Assembly: GCA_001029735.1 (NCBI GenBank)
Contig: CP011213.1
Coordinates: 332,288 to 396,287 of the forward strand
Length of the DNA stretch: 64,000 nucleotides
Source: Berkelbacteria bacterium GW2011_GWE1_39_12
Lineage (GTDB): Bacteria; Patescibacteriota; UBA1384; UBA12157
Direction: 5' to 3'
Shown in pieces: positions 18,066 through 28,734 of this stretch. The notes beneath the pieces were generated by a model. It was not told where the DNA came from. It ran no database searches and worked only from the letters and a program-made list of their open reading frames with translations. Positions within the stretch are counted from its first letter, which is position 1, and every line of letters begins with the position of its first letter. The translations under genes and the position numbers were made by a program.

Positions 18066-19232
18066 ATGAACATTCCTTACGGCAAACAATGGATCGACGA
18101 AAAAGACAAAAAAGCAGTGCTTGATGTGATTGGCAGTGAGTTAATTGCGCAAGGACCGAAAGTTGAAGAGTTCGAAAAGGAACTTTGCAAAACAACAGGC
18201 GCTAAGTATTGCGTCGTTGTTTCAAATGGCACAGCCGCCTTACATTTGGCGACTTTGGCTTTAGATATTAAGAAAGGCAGCGAAGGCATAACCACGCCCA
18301 ATACCTTTGTCGCCTCAGCAAACTGCTTAATCTACAACAACATAAAACCAGTTCTCGCTGACATTTGTCCTGATACATATAATATTGATCCGGTTGAAAT
18401 TAAAAAGAGAATTACCAGAAAAACCAAAGTCATTATCCCCGTTCATTTTGCTGGTCAAGTCGCTGACATGGAAGAGATTCAACAAATTGCAAAAAAACAT
18501 AATCTCTTTGTAATTGAAGATGCTGCCCATGCGATTGGCTCAGAATACCCTGATGGCGGAAAAGTCGGCAACTGCAAATATTCCGACATGACTACTTTTT
18601 CTTTTCACCCTGTTAAAACCATCACGACAGGAGAAGGCGGAGCTATCACGACTAACGATAATATGCTTTATAAAAAGCTCTTACTTCTTCGTTCTCATGG
18701 CATTACAAAAAATCCTAAGGAATTTAGTCAAAATCCCGGATCTTGGTTTTATGAAATGCAAAATTTAGGTTTCAACTATCGATTAACCGATATTCAAGCA
18801 GCCTTGGGTATAAGTCAGCTCAAAAAATTAGAAAAATTCATTAAATTCAGAAAAAAAATCGTTAAAAAATATAACCAAGCATTTCAAGATTTATCTTCTT
18901 TGGGAAATGTCGTCTTACCGTTTGAAAAAACGCCAAATTCCTCGGCTTTTCATCTCTATGTTTTGCAAATTGATTTTAGAAAAATAGGACAATACGGTAA
19001 ATCAAGAAAAACTGTTATGAACCAATTAGCTAAAATCGGCATCGGCACTCAAGTGCATTATATTCCGGTTCACTTCCAACCTTATTACAAAAAACATTTT
19101 CACTTTAAAGACGGGAACTTCCCGAAAGCTGAAAATTACTACGATCAATGCTTAAGTTTGCCTTTGTACCCTAAAATGACGGATAATGAAGTTAACTACG
19201 TTATAGATTCTGTTAAAAAAGTCCTGAGTTGA
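18066..19232 (+). CDS. pseC: DegT/DnrJ/EryC1-family PLP aminotransferase (PseC-like)
   Basis: N-terminal ...VLDVIGSELIAQGPKVEEFEKELCK...AKYCVVVSNGTAALHLA..., SFHPVKTIT (PLP-Lys). Confidence 0.8.
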   Translation: MNIPYGKQWIDEKDKKAVLDVIGSELIAQGPKVEEFEKELCKTTGAKYCVVVSNGTAALHLATLALDIKKGSEGITTPNTFVASANCLIYNNIKPVLADICPDTYNIDPVEIKKRITRKTKVIIPVHFAGQVADMEEIQQIAKKHNLFVIEDAAHAIGSEYPDGGKVGNCKYSDMTTFSFHPVKTITTGEGGAITTNDNMLYKKLLLLRSHGITKNPKEFSQNPGSWFYEMQNLGFNYRLTDIQAALGISQLKKLEKFIKFRKKIVKKYNQAFQDLSSLGNVVLPFEKTPNSSAFHLYVLQIDFRKIGQYGKSRKTVMNQLAKIGIGTQVHYIPVHFQPYYKKHFHFKDGNFPKAENYYDQCLSLPLYPKMTDNEVNYVIDSVKKVLS

Positions 19233-19240
19233 GGTGAATT

Positions 19241-20344
19241 ATGGCTCTTTGGAAAAAAAATGTCGCGCTCTTAATCGTCGTTATTTTGATTGTCTTGGGT
19301 GCTCTCGAAAGAAAAAATATTTATAAAATATTTCGCAAGGAAAAGGTGAAAAGCTCAATTCCTATGGATCATTCTTCTGTTACTGAAATAAAAAATATCG
19401 GTCGGCCGATCTCTATAACTAAAGATAAAGACGGCAATTTTTATACCTGTGATTTTAGCGGTCATAATGTAAAAATTCTGGATTCTAACTTTTCACTTAT
19501 CAAGCAAATCGGCAAAGATGTCAAAGGAAGTAATCCTGGCGAATTTAATGTGCCTCACGCCGTCGATTTCGACGCTGCCGGCAATTTTTATGTTACAGAT
19601 TATGCTAACAAAAGAATCCAAAAATTTTCACCAAGTGGTGAGTTTTTATCGATAATTAATTTCGAAAGAGCCCTTGCGGGCCCAGCGACAGCTTATTTTG
19701 ATAAAAATTATAATCTTTATATTTCCGATTTTGATTCCAATAGCTTAATTAAATCAACGAAAGATGGAAAACTTCTTGGTTGGATTGGAGCTAAAATTGA
19801 CGGAACACTGACAGATGGATGGGAACTAAGTGGATCGCCAGCACAGTCAGCGGAACCGGGAGGATTTTATAAATTGCACTCAGCAAAATTTAGTGATGAT
19901 GGGATAATGTACGTAATCGATTCACATAACAACCGAGTCCAAAGATTTTCTGAGGATGGGAAATTTATGGGTTGGATTGGAGCCAAAGAAGATGGCTTGC
20001 TGACAAACGGTTGGGAGATGACAGGAAAAGCAATCTCTACTGACGTACCTGGCGGATTTAATATCCCTGTTGCCATGGATTTTATTAATGGCGAAGAAAT
20101 TGCTATCTTAGAATATGGCAATCCCAGAATCCAAAAATTCTCTAAAGACGGTAAATTCCTTGGCTGGTACGGCGGCACGCAAGATAGTAAAGTAACAGAC
20201 GGTTGGCAAATCACCGGCTTACCAAGAGAAGGCACGGATGTTGGTGCATTTAAAAACGCTTATGATCTTAAAGTCTATGGCAATAAAGTATATGTCGCTG
20301 ACACCGGAAACTACAGACTACAAATTATCGATTTTCACCCATAA
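19241..20344 (+). CDS. NHL-repeat beta-propeller protein with N-terminal membrane anchor
   Basis: six repeats of the NHL type (...FNVPHAVDFDAAGNFYVTDYANKRIQKF...). Confidence 0.6.
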   Translation: MALWKKNVALLIVVILIVLGALERKNIYKIFRKEKVKSSIPMDHSSVTEIKNIGRPISITKDKDGNFYTCDFSGHNVKILDSNFSLIKQIGKDVKGSNPGEFNVPHAVDFDAAGNFYVTDYANKRIQKFSPSGEFLSIINFERALAGPATAYFDKNYNLYISDFDSNSLIKSTKDGKLLGWIGAKIDGTLTDGWELSGSPAQSAEPGGFYKLHSAKFSDDGIMYVIDSHNNRVQRFSEDGKFMGWIGAKEDGLLTNGWEMTGKAISTDVPGGFNIPVAMDFINGEEIAILEYGNPRIQKFSKDGKFLGWYGGTQDSKVTDGWQITGLPREGTDVGAFKNAYDLKVYGNKVYVADTGNYRLQIIDFHP

Positions 20345-20350
20345 ATATTT

Positions 20351-21079
20351 ATGAACCAATCTTTTGAAAAAATAATATTCGATCGAGCTTTAAACAGACA
20401 CCCTGAATTTTGGTCGGAGAAAAAAGAAGACCTAACCAAGACTATCACTGAGATAATCGATGAAATATCTGGCTTTGAAGCTGTTGATTTTGATTCGATT
20501 TCTAAGGATGAAGCAGAAAACATTCTGGCGATTTGGTGTATTTCTGGTTCAGGGTCTTTGACGTCCGATTTTATTGATTCGCCATCGGATGATAAATACA
20601 AAGATAAGAAATGGTACGGCGGAACCGATCGCATCAGACTACGGTTTTCTGAAAAAATATTTTTAGCTATCGATAAGAAAAAAAGCAGAAACCTTTTTCT
20701 GATTTACAATGGCATACCAGAGCAGGTCGTAACATTACTCCAAGAAGCTGGGAAAAGCTTTACAGTGTTAAAACAACAGATATACGTTCCAGACGGAGAA
20801 ATTGTAAAAACTCTGGACCAGGTAGAAAAATTTAGTCTTCCGCCGGCGTTAAAGAAAAAAAGTGGCGATCTTGTAATTGTTTCTCATGCCGCTCACTTAA
20901 GCCGTATTTTGCGGTTTATGAAAAAACATGAAAAGCTGTTCGAAGGCTTAACCATAAGACCTTTGGCCGCAAGGGTTGACAATTCATCTGATTTTGTTGA
21001 AGCAGAACTTTCTGGTATATTGGATTACGTAGCAACTGGACAAGCGTCAGATAAACCAATCGATTTTGAGAGCTTTTAA
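20351..21079 (+). CDS. hypothetical protein (possibly DUF218/YdcF-like)
   Basis: LVIVSHAAHLSRILRF resembles the DUF218 motif; weak. Confidence 0.3.
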   Translation: MNQSFEKIIFDRALNRHPEFWSEKKEDLTKTITEIIDEISGFEAVDFDSISKDEAENILAIWCISGSGSLTSDFIDSPSDDKYKDKKWYGGTDRIRLRFSEKIFLAIDKKKSRNLFLIYNGIPEQVVTLLQEAGKSFTVLKQQIYVPDGEIVKTLDQVEKFSLPPALKKKSGDLVIVSHAAHLSRILRFMKKHEKLFEGLTIRPLAARVDNSSDFVEAELSGILDYVATGQASDKPIDFESF

Positions 21080-21081
21080 AT

Positions 21082-21783
21082 ATGAAACAAAAAAACTTGG
21101 CTATAATTCCGGCAAGAGGTGGAAGTAAGAGGATTCCAAAGAAAAATATCAAGAAATTCTTTGGTAAACCAATTATTGAATATTCAATTGAAGCTGCTTT
21201 GAAATCTGGGAAATTCAGTGAAGTAATGGTTTCAACCGATGATCCAAAAATAGCCAGAATTGCCAAGAAAGCCGGTGCTTCTGTCCCTTTTTTAAGAAGC
21301 ACATCGACAGCCCAAGACAAAACCCCAATTTCTCATGCCGTGGTTGAAGTCTTAAATGAATATGCTAAGCAGGGTAAAGAATTCGACAACTTTTGCTGCC
21401 TTTTTGCCACAGCACCCTTAGTTTCAGTTGAAGACATTAAAAAAGCGATGCAAATTTTATCGAAAGAAAAGAAAACAAGTTCAGTATTCACCGTGGTTAA
21501 ATACGATTATCCAATTCAAAGGTCTTTCAAAATTAAAAACGGCTGGCTAAAAATGCTTTGGCGAAGACATATAAGCACCCGTTCCCAAGATTTAGAACCG
21601 ATTTACCACGACGCCGGCCAATTCTACTGTCTGAAAACCAAAAGATTCTTGAAAGAAAAGCAATTTTTCTCTAAGAAAAGCCAAGCTCTGGTTCTGCCAG
21701 AAACAAGAGTCCAAGATATCGATACTCTGGAAGATTGGGAAATCGCCGAAATTAAATTCAAAATGTTAAAGAAAAAGAAATAA
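21082..21783 (+). CDS. pseF: CMP-nonulosonic acid synthetase (NeuA/PseF cytidylyltransferase family)
   Basis: LAIIPARGGSKRIPKKNIK... Confidence 0.75.
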   Translation: MKQKNLAIIPARGGSKRIPKKNIKKFFGKPIIEYSIEAALKSGKFSEVMVSTDDPKIARIAKKAGASVPFLRSTSTAQDKTPISHAVVEVLNEYAKQGKEFDNFCCLFATAPLVSVEDIKKAMQILSKEKKTSSVFTVVKYDYPIQRSFKIKNGWLKMLWRRHISTRSQDLEPIYHDAGQFYCLKTKRFLKEKQFFSKKSQALVLPETRVQDIDTLEDWEIAEIKFKMLKKKK

Positions 21784-21794
21784 TAAGGAGTTAC

Positions 21795-22940
21795 ATGAAG
21801 TATTGCAAAAGATGCGTCATGCCTGACACAAAACCCGATTTGTTTATTGATAAAACTGGCGTTTGCAATGCTTGCCGCAGCTTTGAAAAAAGAAAAAAAA
21901 CAAACTGGGACAAAAGAAAAAAAGAACTCCTCAAAGTAGTAGAAAAATATCGCTCTAAAAACAGCAGTAATTGGGATTGTATTGTTCCAGTTAGCGGTGG
22001 CAAAGACAGTACCTTTCAGGTTTACAAAATGCTTCAACTTGGTCTAAATCCTCTCTGTGTTACTGCCACCACCTGCCATTTAACCGAAATCGGCCGAAAA
22101 AACATCGAAAACCTAAAGAATTTAGGTGTGGATTATATCGAGTTTTCGCCAAACCCTGTTATTCGCCGAAAATTAAACCGTATTGGATTGACTCAGGTTG
22201 GCGATATCTCCTGGCCTGAACATGTTGGTATTTTCACTATTCCGGTTAGAGCCGCCGTTCAATACAATATTCCTTTGATCGTCTGGGGCGAAAATTCTCA
22301 AAATGAATATGGCGGGCCGGCAACCGACAGTGAAAATAATGTCTTAACCAGAAGTTGGCTGGAAGAATTCGGGGGACTTCTAGGTCTCCGGGTTTCAGAT
22401 TTAGTGGGCCTTGAAGAAATCGAAAAAAAGCATTTGATCCCTTATACCTATCCAACTGATGCAGAGCTAAAAAAAATCGGGGTAACGGGTATATTTTTAG
22501 GCTACTACGTTCCTTGGGACGGATATTCAAATGTCTTGATTTCTCAAGCAGTCGGCTTTAATTCGTTTCCAAAACGTATCGAAGGATCATTTGTTAATTA
22601 TGAAAATATCGACAATTATCAAGTTGGCATTCATGATTATTTTAAATTTTTGAAGTTTGGCTTTGGCCGAGCGTCAGACCTTGCTTCATTGCATGTCCGC
22701 CGAGGACGCATTAGTCGAGAAGATGCTGTTTCTATTGTTAGAGAAGTTGACGGAAAATTCCCTTGGACATACATGGATAAACCTATCGAAGATGTTTTAA
22801 AGCCTTTAGATATTTCGGTAGAAGAATTCATCAAGATTTGCGATAAATTCACCAATAGAAAAATATTTAAAACAGACTCCAGGGGTGATTTGATCAAAGA
22901 CAAAAACGGTAATTTAACTAAAATCTTTCCTTTAGAATAG
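21795..22940 (+). CDS. N-acetyl sugar amidotransferase (WbuX/PseA-like PP-loop ATPase)
   Basis: CKRCVMPDT...CNAC zinc ribbon; SGGKDS PP-loop. Confidence 0.7.
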   Translation: MKYCKRCVMPDTKPDLFIDKTGVCNACRSFEKRKKTNWDKRKKELLKVVEKYRSKNSSNWDCIVPVSGGKDSTFQVYKMLQLGLNPLCVTATTCHLTEIGRKNIENLKNLGVDYIEFSPNPVIRRKLNRIGLTQVGDISWPEHVGIFTIPVRAAVQYNIPLIVWGENSQNEYGGPATDSENNVLTRSWLEEFGGLLGLRVSDLVGLEEIEKKHLIPYTYPTDAELKKIGVTGIFLGYYVPWDGYSNVLISQAVGFNSFPKRIEGSFVNYENIDNYQVGIHDYFKFLKFGFGRASDLASLHVRRGRISREDAVSIVREVDGKFPWTYMDKPIEDVLKPLDISVEEFIKICDKFTNRKIFKTDSRGDLIKDKNGNLTKIFPLE

Positions 22941-22946
22941 GATAAA

Positions 22947-23564
22947 ATGAACGTCGCGATTATTGATTATGGCATGAGTAATTTAGGATCCATAAACAAC
23001 GCCTTGATTGAATGTGGCGGCGAGAACGTTTCCATCATTTCTAATCCGGAAGATTTTAAAAATGCCACTCATATTATTTTACCAGGTGTCGGTTCGTTCA
23101 AAGACGGCATGACTAATCTAAAAGACCTATGTTGGATAAAACCGCTCAGAAAAACCGTAATTGAAGATAAAGTCCCACTGTTAGGCATTTGTCTTGGAAT
23201 GCAGCTCCTTGCCGATAAAGGATTTGAGGGTGGTGAAATTGATGGATTGGGTTTAATCCATGGTACTGTCGAAAAATTAAAACCAGTCGATAACAAGGAA
23301 AAGATTCCTCATGTTGGCTGGAATGAAATTTATAGTAAAACAAAAAGTCCAATACTTGAGAACATCCCTGATGGGACCGATTATTATTTTGTTCACAGTT
23401 ACCATTTTATTCCAAGAAGTGTAAAGAACATTTTAACCACCACCCCATATTGCGGCAATTTCGTTTCAAGCGTTATCTCGGATAATATTTTTGGCACTCA
23501 ATTCCATCCGGAAAAAAGTCAGAGACCAGGCTTTCAATTATTAAAAAATTTCTTAAACCTGTAA
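22947..23564 (+). CDS. glutamine amidotransferase, HisH-like (WbuY)
   Basis: MNVAIIDYGMSNLGS... class-I GATase; catalytic Cys in GICLGMQ. Confidence 0.75.
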   Translation: MNVAIIDYGMSNLGSINNALIECGGENVSIISNPEDFKNATHIILPGVGSFKDGMTNLKDLCWIKPLRKTVIEDKVPLLGICLGMQLLADKGFEGGEIDGLGLIHGTVEKLKPVDNKEKIPHVGWNEIYSKTKSPILENIPDGTDYYFVHSYHFIPRSVKNILTTTPYCGNFVSSVISDNIFGTQFHPEKSQRPGFQLLKNFLNL

Positions 23565-23594
23565 TTCCGAAAATTCTACTGAATTTATAAAAAC

Positions 23595-24365
23595 ATGTTA
23601 AAAGTAAGAGTAATACCAACTTTATTATGGAAAGACGTCGGCCTGGTCAAAGGCATTGGTTTTGATAGTTGGCGAAGAGTCGGTAGTTTACTTCCGGCCA
23701 TCAGAGTTTACAATACTCGCCAAGTGGACGAGCTAATTTTAGTTGATATTACGGCAACCGCCGATAATCATAAATTGGATCTTGAGACGATTAGCGAAAT
23801 GTCTTGCGAATGCTTCGTCCCTTTCACCGTCGGCGGCGGAATTAAAAAAGTTGATGATATCAAACAGCTTCTCCGAGCTGGCGCAGATAAAGTTGCAATT
23901 AACAGCGCCGCCTATGATGATCCGACGATTATTACTGAAGGCGCTAAATTATTCGGCTCGCAATGTATTGTAGCCAGCATCGATGCTAAAAAGAATAAAG
24001 ACGGAAAATATATCTGTTATAGTCATGCCGGTAAAAAGAAAAGAAATATCGAAGTAAGTGTTTGGGCTAAGAAACTGGAAGAATTAGGTGCCGGCGAAAT
24101 ATTGATCACTTCAATTGAAAAAGACGGCACTATGGACGGCTATGATATCAACCTGATTAAAGCTGTTACAAACGTCGTTTCAATTCCAGTAATTGCTTCT
24201 GGTGGAGCCGGATCTTATGAAGATCTATACCAAGCTATTTCTAAAGGCAAAGCATCTGCCGTCGCTGCCGCCAGTATCTTTCATTACACTGAACAAACGC
24301 CAATGGAAGCTAAGGGATACTTGCATAGCAAAAAAATTCCAGTACGCATTAACAGGATTTCATAG
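23595..24365 (+). CDS. HisF-like cyclase subunit (WbuZ)
   Basis: (beta/alpha)8 HisA/HisF-family sequence ...VIPTLLWKDVGLVKG...VIASGGAG... Confidence 0.75.
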   Translation: MLKVRVIPTLLWKDVGLVKGIGFDSWRRVGSLLPAIRVYNTRQVDELILVDITATADNHKLDLETISEMSCECFVPFTVGGGIKKVDDIKQLLRAGADKVAINSAAYDDPTIITEGAKLFGSQCIVASIDAKKNKDGKYICYSHAGKKKRNIEVSVWAKKLEELGAGEILITSIEKDGTMDGYDINLIKAVTNVVSIPVIASGGAGSYEDLYQAISKGKASAVAAASIFHYTEQTPMEAKGYLHSKKIPVRINRIS

Positions 24366-24393
24366 TTATTTTCTTAATGTTAAAGAAGGCAAA

Positions 24394-24855
24394 ATGCCAT
24401 TAAAAGTTTTTAAAGCTAATAAAGACGATCTTGTCGATCTTTTTAATTTAGCCAATGATCCATTAGTTCGAAAAAATTCTTTCAATAAGAAAGAAATAAC
24501 AATGGCCGAACACAAGCACTGGTTTGGCAATCAAATAGATAGTAACAATTCTTTAATTTTGATTGCTAAAAAAGACGGTAAGTTTGTCGGTGTCGTTAAA
24601 TTCAAGCTCGAAGACGAAAATATAATTGGTATCAGCATCGCCAAATATTTCAGGGGTAAAGGGTTAAGTAATTCAGTCCTTACCGAAGCCATAGAATATC
24701 TCAAAAAAGATAGGCCTGAGATAAAAATAATTACCGCATTGATTAAAGAAGAAAATATCGCGTCAGTTAAAACCTTTGAGAAGTCAGGGTTTAAGTTTGA
24801 TCAAAAGATAAAAGTAAACGAATCCCCGTCTTTAAAATATATTTACGAGATTTAA
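24394..24855 (+). CDS. GNAT N-acetyltransferase (PseH-like)
   Basis: ATG at 24394 with AAGAAGG SD; acetyl-CoA-binding motif ...FRGKGLSNSVLTEAIEY... Confidence 0.55.
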   Translation: MPLKVFKANKDDLVDLFNLANDPLVRKNSFNKKEITMAEHKHWFGNQIDSNNSLILIAKKDGKFVGVVKFKLEDENIIGISIAKYFRGKGLSNSVLTEAIEYLKKDRPEIKIITALIKEENIASVKTFEKSGFKFDQKIKVNESPSLKYIYEI

Positions 24856-24858
24856 TAA

Positions 24859-25917
24859 ATGTCATCAAAAGAAATAAAATTTAAAATTGGTAAACATAAT
24901 ATTGGTAAAAATGAACCTGTTTTTGTTATTGCCGAACTATCTGCTAACCATGGCCACAAGTTTAGCATTGCGGCTAAAACCATCAAGGCCATGAAAAAAG
25001 CTGGCGCCGACGCGGTCAAGCTTCAGACCTATACTCCAGACACCATCACAATCGACTCAGACAACGCTTGCTTTAAGATCAAGCAAGGAACCATCTGGGA
25101 CGGCAAAAATCTCCACAAGCTTTACCAGGAGGCCTACATGCCTTGGGATTGGCAGCCTAAGCTGAAAAAGATCGCCGAAGATTTAGGTATGATCTGTTTT
25201 TCATCGCCTTTCGACAATACTGCCGTGAACTTCTTGGAAAAAATGAAGGTTCCAGCCTATAAAATTGCTTCTTTTGAAATTACTGATATTCCATTGATTG
25301 AATATGTCGCCAAAAAAAATAAACCGATCATCATTTCAACCGGCGTGGCTGAACTTGCGGACATCAAAGAAGCAGTTGCCGCTTGTAAAAGAATGGGTAA
25401 CCATAAAATTGCTTTACTAAAGTGCACTTCTTCTTATCCGGCTTCTTACGAAGAGATGAATTTAAATACAATTCCTGATATGCAGAAGAAATTCAAGACA
25501 ATCGCTGGTCTTTCAGATCATAGTTTAAACATCGAGATTCCTGTAGCAGCCGTGGCTTGTGGCGCCAAAATAATTGAAAAACATTTTATACTAGACAAAA
25601 AAATCGGCGGGCCGGATGTCGCCTTTTCCCTTGAGCCAAATGAATTTAAAGCCATGGTTCAAAATATCAGAAACACAGAGAAAGCCTTGGGTCAACCAAC
25701 CTATGTTTTATCTGGAGCTTCAAAAAAGAACCGTGAATTTTCGAGGTCTCTCTTTGCTGTCGAAGACATTGGCAAAAATGAAAAATTTACCGAGAAAAAC
25801 ATTCGCTCAATTAGGCCCGGATTCGGTTTGCCCCCAAAATATTTAAAAGTAATTTTGAACAAATTAGCCAAAAAAAACATTAAAAGAGGGACACCGTTAG
25901 ACAAGGAAATGTTCTAA
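24859..25917 (+). CDS. pseI: nonulosonic acid synthase (NeuB/PseI family)
   Basis: VFVIAELSANHGHKFSIAAKTIKAMKKAGADAVKLQTY; SAF domain at C-terminus. Confidence 0.85.
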   Translation: MSSKEIKFKIGKHNIGKNEPVFVIAELSANHGHKFSIAAKTIKAMKKAGADAVKLQTYTPDTITIDSDNACFKIKQGTIWDGKNLHKLYQEAYMPWDWQPKLKKIAEDLGMICFSSPFDNTAVNFLEKMKVPAYKIASFEITDIPLIEYVAKKNKPIIISTGVAELADIKEAVAACKRMGNHKIALLKCTSSYPASYEEMNLNTIPDMQKKFKTIAGLSDHSLNIEIPVAAVACGAKIIEKHFILDKKIGGPDVAFSLEPNEFKAMVQNIRNTEKALGQPTYVLSGASKKNREFSRSLFAVEDIGKNEKFTEKNIRSIRPGFGLPPKYLKVILNKLAKKNIKRGTPLDKEMF

Positions 25918-25918
25918 A

Positions 25919-27388
25919 ATGAATATTATAATTAACGGATTTCTAGATAGAAGAACCAATCATATAGCCCAAAAGGTACTTTCATCGATCAATGTTGAAA
26001 CTTTCATTTTCACATATAATTACTTCAAACCCAATTTTGGTCGCCTTAACTCAAAGGCAATACTGATTAATTGGCGAAAAATAAACTTCATGGGCAACTA
26101 TGACATTGACTTCAATAAGCTCGAACCGTTGGATGAAGATCTAGTTGACGCCATGAGAAAATATGAATCCATATTCATGAGAATGGCAGATAGATTGGAA
26201 ACCTTCAAAAATTATTCTTACCGTGAAAGAAAAAGTCTCTATTTAAAACATCTTCGATATTGGAATGACACCATTGAGAAGAAAAAAATCGATCTCTTTC
26301 TTTCACAAAACGTTCCCCATGAAACTTCGGATTTCGTTTGTTACTGCCTGTGTAAGCTAAAAAACATCCCGACAATTATTCTTTGTCAAACGCACATTCC
26401 GGACACTTGTTTGATTTTTGATGACTGGGAAAACACTGATTATGGACTAGTTGATGAATTTAAAAAACTAAAAACAAAACTATCGCGGATCAAAATTGAC
26501 AGAATCAATCTTTCCCCGCGATTTGAAAAGTATTATTTATTACAGACTGACAAAAGCAAAAATATTACTCCCTTTTATATGAAAAAGAACTCCTTAATTA
26601 AGGTTGGTACAAAGAAAATTCAAGCAATTTGTAGAAAATTAAAAGAAAACCCGACTGTCTATTTCCATGAGGGCGGGTTGATTTGCAGATCTTTGGCCCG
26701 TCGATCTATCGATAAGATAATGACCAAGATTTTAATGAATTTTTATGAAAAAAACTGCACGGAATTCAAACCTAAAAGCAAATATATTTTCGTCGCTCTG
26801 CACGTGCAACCTGAAATGTCCACTTCTCCCCGAGCGGATGTCTATGTTAATCAGATTATGATCGTTCAGTTGCTGGCCGCCTGTGCGCCAAAAGATGTAA
26901 AAATCTTCGTAAAGGAACACCCGAATCAAAGAGCTTTGGGTCGAACAAAAGAGTTTTATCAAGACATTTTAAGCCTCAAAAATGTCAGCTTGATTAGCCG
27001 AAAAGTTGATTCTAAGGATTTAGTAAAGAATAGCTTAGCGGTCGCCACCTGTGTCGGTTTAGTCGGGTTTGAAAGCTTATTCCAAAACAAACCGGTCTTA
27101 ATGTTTGGCCACGACTTTTACCAATATGCCCCCGGCGTTTTCTCAATTAGAACCAAGTCAGATCTAGAAAATGCGGTTAAACAAATAAACAAGGGGTCAA
27201 CTTTCAAACCCAAGGATTTCAAAATTTTTCTTAAGGCCATGGACAATATTAGCATCAATGGAACAACCGATTCCGACTATCTGCCGACCTCCAGCCTCAC
27301 AATAAAAGAAAACACTCTCAATATCGCTCAAGCAATTATCAAAAAAAATAGAAAAATTTCAGAAAAAAAATGCTTAAACATTATCTAA
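25919..27388 (+). CDS. Capsule_synth-family (KpsC/KpsS/LpsZ-like) putative ulosonic-acid glycosyltransferase
   Basis: motifs IFVALHVQPEMSTSP, IFVKEHPNQ, VATCVGLVGFESLFQNKPVLMFG match the KpsS-family LQvxxDS / KxHP / G...PV..G pattern. Confidence 0.5.
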   Translation: MNIIINGFLDRRTNHIAQKVLSSINVETFIFTYNYFKPNFGRLNSKAILINWRKINFMGNYDIDFNKLEPLDEDLVDAMRKYESIFMRMADRLETFKNYSYRERKSLYLKHLRYWNDTIEKKKIDLFLSQNVPHETSDFVCYCLCKLKNIPTIILCQTHIPDTCLIFDDWENTDYGLVDEFKKLKTKLSRIKIDRINLSPRFEKYYLLQTDKSKNITPFYMKKNSLIKVGTKKIQAICRKLKENPTVYFHEGGLICRSLARRSIDKIMTKILMNFYEKNCTEFKPKSKYIFVALHVQPEMSTSPRADVYVNQIMIVQLLAACAPKDVKIFVKEHPNQRALGRTKEFYQDILSLKNVSLISRKVDSKDLVKNSLAVATCVGLVGFESLFQNKPVLMFGHDFYQYAPGVFSIRTKSDLENAVKQINKGSTFKPKDFKIFLKAMDNISINGTTDSDYLPTSSLTIKENTLNIAQAIIKKNRKISEKKCLNII

Positions 27389-28680
27389 ATATCTTAAAAC
27401 AAAAAAGCGTCAAGAGACTGGCCGTCAATTCAATATGGCTAACCGCCGATAACGCCTTAAGAATTTTCGCCGGCTTTTTTGTCGGAGTCTGGGTTGCACG
27501 GTTTTTGGGACCGGATAACTTTGGCCAGTGGAGCTATGCTTTGTCGTATGTTTCAATTTTTGCCGTCTTAATCGGTTCATCGCTCAATAATGTGGTTGTG
27601 CGAGAATTGGTTAAATTTCCTAAAAAAAGAAATAAAATCCTTGGCAGCTCTTTTGTGTTGAAATTTTCCGGGGCTATAATTGCATTTTTACTAAGTGTCT
27701 TTTCGATTTACTTATTCTCCCATCAGGCAAATTCAATTAAGCTGATGGTTTTAATTGTGGCTTCTGGTACAATATTCCAATCTTTCGAAGTCATAAATTA
27801 TTGGTTTGAATCTAGAGTCGAATCAAATTATGCCGTAATCGCACGCTCTATAGCTTTTATTGTCTCCAACTTATTGAAAATATTTTTCGTGCTCAGTCAT
27901 TACAGTATTGTCTGGTTTGCTGTCGCCAGTGCCGCGGAGATATTTATTTGCGCCATCGCCTATCTCAGCGTATATAAAGCCAGCAAAAGAAAAATACTGG
28001 GTTGGAGATTTGATAAAAAAGTTACCAAAAAGATTTTTTTAGCTGGTTTGCCTCTAATTATCGCTGGAATATTAGCCACGGTGTACTCAACTGCAGATAA
28101 AATTTTAGTCGGTTCTTTTATCAATGATGCAGCTTTGGGCAATTATTCAGTCGGAACAATGCTAACTAATTCTTGGAGTTTTATCGCTACAGCCATCACA
28201 ATTTCAGTTTATCCATCGATCATCTACACTAAATTAAATTCTGTTCATCTATATGAGCGCAGAATGAAAAAACTTTACAGCTTAATGGTAATTATGGCAA
28301 TATTTATGAGTCTGCCAATTTCTGTTTTTTCACACCAAATCATTTATTTTCTCTATGGGCCAAAATATGACTCGGCGGCAATCGTTCTCTCAATTTATGT
28401 TTGGACGGCCGTCCCAGCTTTTTTAGATATTGCCGGCCAAAAATGGCTATTTGCTGAAAACCTGCAAAAATATTTACCGATCAAAACCTTGATCGGATCT
28501 ACTGTAAGTATTGTTCTAAACCTGATTTTTATTCCGAAATATGGAGTTGTCGGAGCGGCGTTTGTAGCTCTCCTTTCAATTTCGATCGCGACATATTTCT
28601 CAAACGCGTTTTTTAAGGAAACCCGCCCCTTGTTTCGCGCCCAAACCTTGGCTATTATTAAACCGAGGATACTAGGTTAA
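27370..28680 (+). CDS. polysaccharide flippase (Wzx/MOP superfamily)
   Basis: 436 aa, 12 TM, Wzx-like N-terminus. Confidence 0.7.
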   Translation: MLKHYLNILKQKSVKRLAVNSIWLTADNALRIFAGFFVGVWVARFLGPDNFGQWSYALSYVSIFAVLIGSSLNNVVVRELVKFPKKRNKILGSSFVLKFSGAIIAFLLSVFSIYLFSHQANSIKLMVLIVASGTIFQSFEVINYWFESRVESNYAVIARSIAFIVSNLLKIFFVLSHYSIVWFAVASAAEIFICAIAYLSVYKASKRKILGWRFDKKVTKKIFLAGLPLIIAGILATVYSTADKILVGSFINDAALGNYSVGTMLTNSWSFIATAITISVYPSIIYTKLNSVHLYERRMKKLYSLMVIMAIFMSLPISVFSHQIIYFLYGPKYDSAAIVLSIYVWTAVPAFLDIAGQKWLFAENLQKYLPIKTLIGSTVSIVLNLIFIPKYGVVGAAFVALLSISIATYFSNAFFKETRPLFRAQTLAIIKPRILG

Positions 28681-28734
28681 AAAATAGATCCGCTTTCGAG
28701 CGGATCGCGGAAATTTTCTAAAACAGGGAAAATT

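Noticed and set aside
20351-21079. Assigning this ORF as PseG (UDP-sugar hydrolase), the missing pathway step
   Set aside because: It lacks GT-B/PseG-like glycine-rich motifs and only weakly resembles DUF218, so it is left as hypothetical.
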